Assembly (NCBI GenBank): GCA_963663385.2
Contig: CAXXXD010000004.1
Coordinates: 288,001 to 352,000, forward strand
Origin: Oceanispirochaeta sp.
Lineage (GTDB): Bacteria > Spirochaetota > Spirochaetia > DSM-2461
Direction: 5' to 3'
DNA: 64,000 nucleotides
Below the pieces are notes generated by a model. That model was not told where the DNA came from. It was given only the letters and a program-made list of their open reading frames with translations, and made no database searches. A program made the translations under genes and the position numbers. Shown here piece by piece: positions 43,977-52,883 of the stretch (position 1 is the stretch's first letter; each line of letters begins with the position of its first letter).

Positions 43977-46688
43977 TTATTTTTGTGTCAGATTAAATAC
44001 CCCATCCCATTCCTTGGGAGGCGGCTCTTTACTGAATTTCAGACAGCGTTTCATATAGATCTCGGAAGTGGGGTCCTCGGGGATAAATTCTCTTGTCTTT
44101 CTGAAAGCTTCCATAGCTTCCAGCCACTCTCTCTGTTCAAAAAGCTCCAGCCCCCTGTGAAATAGTTCCAGTCCCAGAAGGATCTGTTCAGGAGTCTGGG
44201 TTCTTTCGTCAATCAACTCATAGAGACGGACAGGTTCGTTGATTCCCACAACACGGACACGATCCAGTTTACGGACGGTAAAAATGTCCCCTGTTTCCCT
44301 GTAGGTGGAATCACTGATCAGCAGCCAGGTCCCATACTGTTTGTTTACACCTTCCAGCCGGGCGGCCAGGTTTACCGCATTTCCCATCATGGTGTAGTCC
44401 ATCTTCTGCAGGGTCCCCATATTCCCCACTACCATATCTCCTGTATTTATTCCGATTCTCGTTAAAAGGGGGCCGGGGGCCTTTCCTTCCTCCAGCATCC
44501 TTTCATTCAGTAATTTTTCCGCTTTTTTCATTCTGATAGCTGAACGGCAGGCTTTGACGGCATGATCGCTGTAGGGATGAGGCGCTCCGTAAAAAGCGAT
44601 AATGGCATCTCCCTCGTATTTATCGATTGTCCCCCGTTCCTCCATGATCAGGTTGCTCATCTCTGTCAGGTATTCATTCAGAAGGGATACCAGATTCTGG
44701 GGTGTCATTTTTTCTGATATGGATGAGAACCCTTTGACGTCTGTAAAGATTGCCGTCATATGCTTTTCCTCTCCTCCCAGTGTCAATTTGGAAGGATCAT
44801 CAATCAGGTCCTTGATAACATCATCAGAGAGATACTGGGCAAAAGCGCTGCGGATAAAACCTTTTTCCCGGGAGGCAATAAGAAGGTTGAAACTAACGGA
44901 TGTAATAAAAGCCAGGACCAGGCTCAATCCCGGCGTTACCATGGGGATGTAGGTCCCCGTAAAAATAAAAAAGAGAACAAGAAGCCCTTCGGTCAGGAGC
45001 AGGATCCCGATACCTGCCAGTATCCCCGGTCCGGGATTCAGGTGTGATACGATCAGGGCTGTCAGTAGGGTCATCATTATGGTTATGACTATGGGAATAA
45101 GCAGGGGCGATTCATTCAGAAAGCTTCCGGACAGGATTGTATTGGTTACCGCCGCATACAGACCCATGTTCATGTATTCCTCTTCAAAAGGGTTTACTCC
45201 AATATCAGTTGTGGATGTTCCGGAATAGCCGATAACGCATGTAGTACCATTAAACTGTTCCTTCATCCCCTCTCTGAGTTCCAGTATCTGATTCAGGGTC
45301 TCCCTGGATTCGGAGAATACAACCGGGACGAAATCCATAAGATCCCGGAAGTAGGTAATCTGTTCCTCCGACAGGTCGGGCAGGGATAGGTAATATTCCA
45401 GTTCCGCCAGGATATTCTGATCCGCATCACTGTTGAGAAAGGTCTCGGCTGTTGTAAAGAACAGATCCCTCATATCCCTGTACTCATTAATAACATCCAG
45501 TCCGGGATCTTGCAGCCTGTCCGACTTCAACTGCTCCGCATAGTCGTAGATGGCCATTAGAGGAGTTTCTTCTGTATAGAAGGGGGCTTCCAGCAGGCCC
45601 TGAGTTTCCATCAATCCCAGGTTGTAAACCAGATTGGACAGAGCCCTGTCATGATTATAGAGTTTGATAAAACTGATGTGCCGGAAACTATCGTTGAACG
45701 TTTTGGCCGGCCAGTTAATAAGCATGCGGTTGTTTCTGTCCAGAGGGATGGTCAGGTTGCTTCTGTTTCCGTCTGCCATCAGAGCATTTTTCAGAATAAT
45801 CTTTCTTTTCCCGAATTCCAGAGATTCCACATCCATTTTCTGCAGGAGGGCGGAAAAACCCAGCTGGGGGTAGAGATCTCCCTTATGGTTGAAAATCAGA
45901 TCGATTCTTCGTCTTACTCCGTCCGCATCGATTTCGACACGGGGGAACCCGGAATTCAGAGAGTTGCTCAGAATCGGTATAATGGAGGGTTTAATATCTG
46001 CGGCAATGGAAAAATTCCCCGGATCTCCCCGGGATATATCATTCAGGGACACCTTCTGTTTCGCCAGGCTGAGCAGTTCTTCTGAGGTTGTGGGATCGGG
46101 GGAGTCCATCATATTGGTGGTACAGATAACATTCCCGAACCAGGAGACAGCCTGACCCAGATAAACATCGTTATCCCGGGCAATTTTCTGGACATCCCCG
46201 AGGAGTTCAACTTTCTTCTCTTCCGAATAGTCCTGCAGCTGAACCAGGTACTCTTCCATATATTCAGCCGGTATCTGTCCGGATTCGAGGGCTTTGAACA
46301 GGGCGTAGGGCTGGTCCGACAGTTCCTGAAATACTGAATCAAACTGATTGGGAATCTGTTCCTCCAGGTATTTGTTATTGATCCCGGCCGGGCTTCTGTC
46401 TATAAATTCGATATCGAGGATAGCATAATCCGCTCCCATTTCCCGCATCAGGATGAGGCCGTCCGCAAAAATATCGCGGCTGATAGGGTACATATTGATG
46501 TTGGTAATGGTCAGATCATCAATGTTAACAAGAAGAATATCTTCGTTTTCCGAAACATCGGGCTTGATATGAAGCAGCATATCGTAAACTTTGTTCTCGA
46601 AATTGTAGTATCCTTCAAAAAACAGGAGTGAGGAGAGCAAAAGGGATATCAGCACGGGGATTCCTATGTCCAGTATCTTCTTGTTCAT
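43977..46688 (-). CDS. CHASE2-domain adenylate/guanylate cyclase
   Basis: CHASE2-like periplasmic region (DADGVRRR), 3 TM, FTDVKGFS, DKYEGD, GNAVNLAARLEG. Confidence 0.92.
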   Translation of the reverse strand: MNKKILDIGIPVLISLLLSSLLFFEGYYNFENKVYDMLLHIKPDVSENEDILLVNIDDLTITNINMYPISRDIFADGLILMREMGADYAILDIEFIDRSPAGINNKYLEEQIPNQFDSVFQELSDQPYALFKALESGQIPAEYMEEYLVQLQDYSEEKKVELLGDVQKIARDNDVYLGQAVSWFGNVICTTNMMDSPDPTTSEELLSLAKQKVSLNDISRGDPGNFSIAADIKPSIIPILSNSLNSGFPRVEIDADGVRRRIDLIFNHKGDLYPQLGFSALLQKMDVESLEFGKRKIILKNALMADGNRSNLTIPLDRNNRMLINWPAKTFNDSFRHISFIKLYNHDRALSNLVYNLGLMETQGLLEAPFYTEETPLMAIYDYAEQLKSDRLQDPGLDVINEYRDMRDLFFTTAETFLNSDADQNILAELEYYLSLPDLSEEQITYFRDLMDFVPVVFSESRETLNQILELREGMKEQFNGTTCVIGYSGTSTTDIGVNPFEEEYMNMGLYAAVTNTILSGSFLNESPLLIPIVITIMMTLLTALIVSHLNPGPGILAGIGILLLTEGLLVLFFIFTGTYIPMVTPGLSLVLAFITSVSFNLLIASREKGFIRSAFAQYLSDDVIKDLIDDPSKLTLGGEEKHMTAIFTDVKGFSSISEKMTPQNLVSLLNEYLTEMSNLIMEERGTIDKYEGDAIIAFYGAPHPYSDHAVKACRSAIRMKKAEKLLNERMLEEGKAPGPLLTRIGINTGDMVVGNMGTLQKMDYTMMGNAVNLAARLEGVNKQYGTWLLISDSTYRETGDIFTVRKLDRVRVVGINEPVRLYELIDERTQTPEQILLGLELFHRGLELFEQREWLEAMEAFRKTREFIPEDPTSEIYMKRCLKFSKEPPPKEWDGVFNLTQK

Positions 46689-46847
46689 GTATACCTCCGG
46701 AAAATAGTATCAGTATAACCATGTCTTTAATTTTATTACACAAAAACCCTTATTGTGGGAATCACTTTTTATTTTTACTCAAAAGATATTGTGATTTTCA
46801 GAACCTGCCGGTACAATTTAAATATCGATTATTTTAGGAGTCGATGT

Positions 46848-47312
46848 ATGAAAAAGATTTTCTTTCTATGCATCTTTATTGTGTTATTTTTATTGAATAT
46901 GAGTATTGCCGCTCAATCCAATGAGCAGATGGATGAGTTTCTGGCCCGTTCCTACGCGGACCTGGGGATGAGTTCCTACCTTGTACTGGCTTCAGCCGGC
47001 CGGATTGACGAATCCGCCTCTGTTGAAGAAGCGTTGAACTGGGTTTCAGAGCAGGGCATGGATGCCTCATTTAAAAACCTTGAAGCGGACAGGGACATCT
47101 GTTACGGTGAGTTTTCCTATATCCTGATGGAAGCTCTCTCTCTCAAGGGCGGTGTTATGTACCGTATCTTTCCGGGGCCCCGCTATGCGGCGCGTGAGGC
47201 GGCCTATAAAAAGTGGATGCTTGGACGGTCGTCTCCGTCGAGATCCCTCCGCCCCTACGAAGTAATCAATGCCATTAATATGGTTATGGAAGAGTTGGAG
47301 GAACGGTCATGA
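46848..47312 (+). CDS. Secreted hypothetical protein
   Basis: AGGAG RBS, signal peptide, overlaps the next gene. Confidence 0.7.
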   Translation: MKKIFFLCIFIVLFLLNMSIAAQSNEQMDEFLARSYADLGMSSYLVLASAGRIDESASVEEALNWVSEQGMDASFKNLEADRDICYGEFSYILMEALSLKGGVMYRIFPGPRYAAREAAYKKWMLGRSSPSRSLRPYEVINAINMVMEELEERS

Positions 47313-48580
47313 AAAGGATACTGACGGGACTTGCTCTTACTCTCTTTCTACTTCCCGCGTATACCGTGGATTATGACTGGGGGGGGCAGCTGGAGAATAC
47401 AACACAGGCCTCAGGTCTTCTGGAAGAGGTCGATGATTCCGATATAACCCAGTCGGACAAGGTGACTCTCTGGGTTAAGGCTGAAATTTCTCCCGATATG
47501 AAATTCTATGCCAACGGCGGGTATCAGTATAAGTATACGGACGAAGAGCATGAGTACCTTCCTCTGTTGTCTGCTTTCTATCTCTCGGGAAGCAGTGATA
47601 TCAGGGATAAGAATCTGGATTACACTCTGGGCCGTTTCCGTTTTGCCGATTCAAAAGGAAAAATCCTCAATTCTCTGGCGGACGGAGTGAAACTGTCCTT
47701 CCCTGTCGGTCCCGTACCTCTTAAACTGGGTGTGGGGTATACCGGACTGGTTTTTATCGACAGTTCGGATATAGAGCTGACTGCGGCAGATGCTTATGAA
47801 AGCAGTGATGATGATGCTTTATGGGCGCCCCCCCGGCTGGTTCAGTTTGTTTCAGGACGTTATAATGATCTTCCGGGAGGTGCGGGCCTTTTCTTTTCTC
47901 TTGTGGCTCAGGAAGACTTCAGAACGGAAGATTTTATTGAAGATTATGTCACCGGTACGGGGCAGTATCATACACAGTATGGTCTGATCGGATTGGACGG
48001 GAGGATTACCCCGGAGCTTTTCTTTTCTGTTTCCGGAACACTGCAGACGGGGCAGTATATTATTCCCGATCCCTCTGAAAGTGTTTATCAGATAGGCGGA
48101 ATGGTAATGACTTCTCTGGAATACTATGCGAATTGTAAGTACACACCGGTTATTTCAGTGGAAGCAGTTTACGCCTCCGGTGATACATGGGGAAAGATGT
48201 TCTCTGCAGATGAGGATACCTTCTACTCCTTTATCCCCATATCAACCTCTTCAAAGGGTCTGGTGTACGGCGCTAAACTGACGAACCTGATTTATGGAGA
48301 TCTGGGTATTTCCGTTAAACCCCATGATACGGTTCAGGTCGCTCTTTCAGCTATTACCTTTCTCAGGGGAGTTGACGGTCCCGTTTCGGACAGTTCCCTT
48401 ACAGAAGAAAGCGGGGGAGACGCCTATCTGGGAGAGGAAGTGGATCTTACCATCAACTGGAGACCCTTCTCCGATCTTGGTATGTCCCTCTCTTCGGGAG
48501 TTTTCTTTCCGAACAGTTCATTATATGACATCGATGATCCGCAGTACAAAGTCAGCGGATTTTTATCATTCAGTTTTTAG
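47309..48580 (+). CDS. Outer-membrane beta-barrel protein
   Basis: Signal peptide, LGEEVDL strand motif, C-terminal FSF. Confidence 0.65.
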   Translation: MKRILTGLALTLFLLPAYTVDYDWGGQLENTTQASGLLEEVDDSDITQSDKVTLWVKAEISPDMKFYANGGYQYKYTDEEHEYLPLLSAFYLSGSSDIRDKNLDYTLGRFRFADSKGKILNSLADGVKLSFPVGPVPLKLGVGYTGLVFIDSSDIELTAADAYESSDDDALWAPPRLVQFVSGRYNDLPGGAGLFFSLVAQEDFRTEDFIEDYVTGTGQYHTQYGLIGLDGRITPELFFSVSGTLQTGQYIIPDPSESVYQIGGMVMTSLEYYANCKYTPVISVEAVYASGDTWGKMFSADEDTFYSFIPISTSSKGLVYGAKLTNLIYGDLGISVKPHDTVQVALSAITFLRGVDGPVSDSSLTEESGGDAYLGEEVDLTINWRPFSDLGMSLSSGVFFPNSSLYDIDDPQYKVSGFLSFSF

Positions 48581-48589
48581 GAGGCCTGT

Positions 48590-49303
48590 ATGAGTATAAA
48601 AAGGCTTTTATTAATCGGTATTCTGTTTTTCGGGGTTGCAGCCATCCTTACATCTCAAACTGTAAAGATAGGTAGTGTATCCGGTAAGGTGGAAGTTAAA
48701 AAACCGGGGATGTCCTGGGAGAAAGCCGATGAAGGGATGTCTCTGCCTATTAATTCCATGATTTCCACCGGTTTCGGATCAGAAGCGAAAATCCTGATGG
48801 ATAATGCGGATATTACAATTAAAGCTCTGACAAGGATGACAATCCAGGAGTTTGTCTCCTCCGGAAATACGACAACCACAAAACTGTTTCTGGGTGCCGG
48901 TAAAATGCGGGCTGATGTCAGGAGAAGCGACAACATGATTAATGATTTCCAGGTCCGCAGCCCTGTTGCCACGGCTGCCGTGCGGGGAACTTCGTTTACC
49001 TTTGACGGTATGAGGCTGGAAGTTGTAAAGGGAAGTGTTGATCTTGCCGGTAAAAAAGGGGGCAAAGTGAATGTCTCCCAGGGCGGTCGTTCCGAGGTTG
49101 CCGAAGACAGTGGCGCGACTGATCCGGCAGTCACCCGGCGTGAAGATTCAGGGGTTTCTCCAACCACATCAAGCGGAGAAGACAGCGGATCGCCCACCCC
49201 TGAAAGTACCACGATTGATGACGGAGGAAGTATAGCTTCTCCTTCGCCTGAACCAGAGCCTGAACCGGATCCGACAGCGACCCTAGAAATAACTCTGGAA
49301 TAA
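48590..49303 (+). CDS. FecR-domain protein with Ser/Thr/Pro-rich tail
   Basis: ISTGFGSEA and FQVRSPVATAAVRGTSF FecR signature. Confidence 0.82.
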   Translation: MSIKRLLLIGILFFGVAAILTSQTVKIGSVSGKVEVKKPGMSWEKADEGMSLPINSMISTGFGSEAKILMDNADITIKALTRMTIQEFVSSGNTTTTKLFLGAGKMRADVRRSDNMINDFQVRSPVATAAVRGTSFTFDGMRLEVVKGSVDLAGKKGGKVNVSQGGRSEVAEDSGATDPAVTRREDSGVSPTTSSGEDSGSPTPESTTIDDGGSIASPSPEPEPEPDPTATLEITLE

Positions 49304-49410
49304 GAGATTAACGGGCGGTTCGCCTCTCCTGTCGAACCGTCCGATTTTTTTTAGGAGAACACCCCGTTAGGTCTATTCCGACCTTATCTATTTCGTTAGT
49401 ATAAGGCTCT

Positions 49411-52254
49411 ATGTCTCTTAAAGCATCAGAAAAAACCATACCGAATGATCCATACGGTTTATCCATATATACATTAAGTAACGGGCTGACTCTCTATCTG
49501 TCCCGCAGAACAAGAAAACCGCGTATTGAAGCACGGATTGCTGTCAAGGCCGGTTCCGCCCAGGATCCGGAAAAATCTACCGGGGCTGCTCATATTCTGG
49601 AACACCTGATGTTTAAAGGCAGCAGCCGGATTGGCGCAATTTCTCCCCGGGAGGAAATGCAGAGTCTGGAATATATCTCCGGGCTTTTTGATCAATTGCG
49701 GAACGCGGGATCGGAGACCAGGAGAAAAGCTGTATTTGCCGAATTGGATAAGGCGAATCAGGCTGCAGCCGCCCTTGCCCTTCCCGGTGAGTATGATCGG
49801 ATTCTGAGTCACCTTGGAGCCCGGGGCGTCAATGCCTATACCAGTCTGGAAGAGACTGTTTACAAGTGTGATATCCCCTCTGTAGAACTGGAACGCTGGA
49901 TTATGGTGGAACGGGAACGTTTTTCATCCCCTGTTATGCGCTCCTTTCTGACAGAGATCGAGGCAATATACGAAGAGCTGAACCAGGAACAGGACGACGA
50001 CTTTTCCAGGGCCAGGGAACTTCTCCTTTCCAGACTCTTTCCGGATCATCCTTTCGGGAATCACTCGATTCTCGGTTTACCGGAGCATATTAAGGCACCC
50101 TCTCTGAAGGAGATTGAGGCGTACCGGGTAAGATGGTACAGGCCGGAGCATATGGCAATCTGTCTGGCCGGCGATATTGATCTTGATTATACGGTGGAGC
50201 TGTTTGAATCCCATTGGGGGAGCTGGTCTCCTCCGGCGGTTGCAGAAGCGGAAAAACCGAAACCGGCCCGCCCGGTTATAAAGGAAAAGCGGGTTCTCAT
50301 GGGGCCGGATTCGGAGTTTACAATGACAGGGTTCCGTTTCGGAGGAATCCAGTCAAAAGATTATAACCTTCTTTATATGCTGGACCTCATCCTTAATAAC
50401 AGTCAGGCCGGTCTGATTGATCTTAACCTGGTGCAGAAACAGCGCCTTCTGGAAGCAGGCAGCAGCCTGAGCAGCGCCGGTGATTACAGCTGGTTTGTGT
50501 TGTATGGTACGCCTGGACAGGGGCAGTCCCTGGGTACCGTACACAGGCTTTTGCTGAAACAGCTTGAACTGATACGGAAAGGAGACTTTGATGACCGTCT
50601 TCTTCAGGGGGTTATGAAGTATCTGGAAATAGAGAGAATACAGGAGCTGGAGAGCAACGAGCTCGTTGATGCTTTTGTGGAGTGTTATACCGAGGGCATT
50701 TCATGGCAGGACTACCTGTCCCGTCTGGATGAGCTTCGAAAAATCCGGAAAGAGGATCTTGTCCGCTTTGTGAAAAAGAATTTTAACGACGGGTACATCC
50801 GGATTGATAAAAAGGAAGGAGAAGATGCGGAAGTTCTGAAAATGGAAAAGCCGGATCTTTCGCCTGTTATTATCGAGTATAATAAGGAATCCGTCTATTT
50901 CCAGACGCTGAAAGCCAATTCTCCCGGTCCTGTAACCCCCGAGTTTCCGGATTATGGAAAAGAACTCAATAAAACAGCGCTTTCTGAAAATGTGCAACTT
51001 ATAAGTAATCTCAATAAAAACAATGAGCTTTTTGAGCTGACTTTTATATTCCCCGAGGGGAAGAGTTCATCTTCTTCTCTTCCCGTGGGAGGCGATTATT
51101 TCCCCTATATCGGTACTGACACCCTTAAGCCTGAAGAAATCCAGAAGGAGGCTTTCTTTCTGGGGCTGGAGCTCTCTTTTCAGGTAGATCTGGATCGCAG
51201 TATTGTTTCCTTATACGGGAAACAGGACGATCTTGATAGGAGCCTTCAGTTTCTCAGAAATCTTATTGTTAACGGAAAAGGATCTTCGCGTACATACAGG
51301 AAGTATGTGCAGAGTCTGCTGAAGCGGAGAAAAGATGCCAAGCTGAGTAAACGGGCATTACTGTTCGGCGGTCTCTATTCGTGGGGCCTCTACGGGGCTG
51401 ATTCTCCATTTCGGGATATTCTGGATGAAAGAGCCCTGAAGGATCTGGACCCGGATAAGCTGATGGATGAGGTCCGGCGGCTGTTCCGCCTTCCTCATAC
51501 TATCTATTACTTCGGGAGCAGTCATCCCTCCCATGTTGCAGAACTGATCAGGAAAACCCACCCCGGGTCTCTCCACTGTACCGAATCACCGAGACCTGCC
51601 AGGGTGTATAAAGAGAAAAATGCCGAGAGCCTTGTTTATTTTACACATCACGATATGGTACAGGCGGAACTGTTCCGGGTCGCTCCGGTGGCTCCTTTTT
51701 CCGAAAAGCATCTACCCTCTATCAGTCTGTTTAACGAGTTTTTCGGAACAGGGCTGAATTCTCTGGTTTTTCAGGAGATTCGTGAAGCCCGGGGTCTGGC
51801 CTATACGGCCTATTCAAGCATCTCAGTTCCCGAAAAAGCGGAAAACAGACATGTCCTTCACAGTTTTATCGGTACTCAGGGGGATAAGCTTATTAATGCG
51901 GTAGAGGCTCTGGATTCTCTTCTGCACAATATCCCGTCAGAATCCAGGCTGTTTCACGAGGCCCGGTCTTCCCTGGTTAAAAGCCAGGCTTCAGAACGGA
52001 TACTGGATGCCGATATTTTCTGGTCCTGGTGGGAATCTCATGAGCTCGGTCTGGATCCGGATTTCAGAAGATCCGTATTCCGCCAGATCGAAGAGTATAG
52101 TTATTCTCAGATGGAATCTTTTTTCAGAGAAACAATACTGGGAGCCCGGAGCAATCTGCTGGTTCTGGGGAACCGGGATGAGATTGACAGGAAGGCGCTT
52201 GAAAAAATGGGGGAGTTCCGGGAGCTTTCCCCGGAAGACCTTTTTAATTACTGA
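49411..52254 (+). CDS. M16 family zinc metallopeptidase
   Basis: HILEH (HxxEH), NAYTS, IREARGLAY. Confidence 0.9.
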   Translation: MSLKASEKTIPNDPYGLSIYTLSNGLTLYLSRRTRKPRIEARIAVKAGSAQDPEKSTGAAHILEHLMFKGSSRIGAISPREEMQSLEYISGLFDQLRNAGSETRRKAVFAELDKANQAAAALALPGEYDRILSHLGARGVNAYTSLEETVYKCDIPSVELERWIMVERERFSSPVMRSFLTEIEAIYEELNQEQDDDFSRARELLLSRLFPDHPFGNHSILGLPEHIKAPSLKEIEAYRVRWYRPEHMAICLAGDIDLDYTVELFESHWGSWSPPAVAEAEKPKPARPVIKEKRVLMGPDSEFTMTGFRFGGIQSKDYNLLYMLDLILNNSQAGLIDLNLVQKQRLLEAGSSLSSAGDYSWFVLYGTPGQGQSLGTVHRLLLKQLELIRKGDFDDRLLQGVMKYLEIERIQELESNELVDAFVECYTEGISWQDYLSRLDELRKIRKEDLVRFVKKNFNDGYIRIDKKEGEDAEVLKMEKPDLSPVIIEYNKESVYFQTLKANSPGPVTPEFPDYGKELNKTALSENVQLISNLNKNNELFELTFIFPEGKSSSSSLPVGGDYFPYIGTDTLKPEEIQKEAFFLGLELSFQVDLDRSIVSLYGKQDDLDRSLQFLRNLIVNGKGSSRTYRKYVQSLLKRRKDAKLSKRALLFGGLYSWGLYGADSPFRDILDERALKDLDPDKLMDEVRRLFRLPHTIYYFGSSHPSHVAELIRKTHPGSLHCTESPRPARVYKEKNAESLVYFTHHDMVQAELFRVAPVAPFSEKHLPSISLFNEFFGTGLNSLVFQEIREARGLAYTAYSSISVPEKAENRHVLHSFIGTQGDKLINAVEALDSLLHNIPSESRLFHEARSSLVKSQASERILDADIFWSWWESHELGLDPDFRRSVFRQIEEYSYSQMESFFRETILGARSNLLVLGNRDEIDRKALEKMGEFRELSPEDLFNY

Positions 52255-52325
52255 TCCCCCTTTTTCTTTTGATTCTGCAATTCTCTATGGTAGAATAAAA
52301 CAAAATTGTTTTAAAAGGTGTTGGA

Positions 52326-52835
52326 ATGAAAAGGAAACTCTTTGGAATCATACTGCTTTTGGCATTTGTGATCGCTCCCCTGATGGCAGGGTCGGAAATC
52401 ACAGGGTTATGGAAGACTGTCGATGATAATACAAACGAAGTAAAATCGATTCTGAAAATTTATGAATACAGAGGGAAGTTCTTCGGAAGACTTCTGGTTA
52501 TTTTTGAAGACGGCAAACTGAAGGACAGTTATGTTGATCCATCTGTCAAAGCTGAAAATGTAAAGGGCGAACCATTTTTCGCCGGTCTTGATATTATCTG
52601 GAATCTTGAACAAAAAGGGAGTAAGTGGAGAAAAGGGAAGATTATGGATCCTCAGGAGGGGAAAATATACTCTTCGGAACTCTGGCGGGATGGGGAAAAC
52701 CTGATTGTCCGGGGAAAAATCGGTCCTTTCGGACGTAATCAGACCTGGCTGCCTGCTACGGCGGCAGACCTTCCTGCAGGAACCCCCGAGCCCCGGGAGA
52801 GCTCCCTGAAACCTATTATCCCTGAAGAAAAATAG
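52326..52835 (+). CDS. DUF2147 family protein
   Basis: GLWKTVDD, GKIMDPQEGKIY, GRNQTW. Confidence 0.85.
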   Translation: MKRKLFGIILLLAFVIAPLMAGSEITGLWKTVDDNTNEVKSILKIYEYRGKFFGRLLVIFEDGKLKDSYVDPSVKAENVKGEPFFAGLDIIWNLEQKGSKWRKGKIMDPQEGKIYSSELWRDGENLIVRGKIGPFGRNQTWLPATAADLPAGTPEPRESSLKPIIPEEK

Positions 52836-52849
52836 GATCGATTACTGAA

Positions 52850-52872
52850 CAGCCGGGCTTCAAACCCGGCTG
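52850..52872. terminator. Hairpin terminator between convergent genes
   Basis: CAGCCGGG-CTTCAAA-CCCGGCTG. Confidence 0.6.
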
Positions 52873-52883
52873 AATTCTCCACA

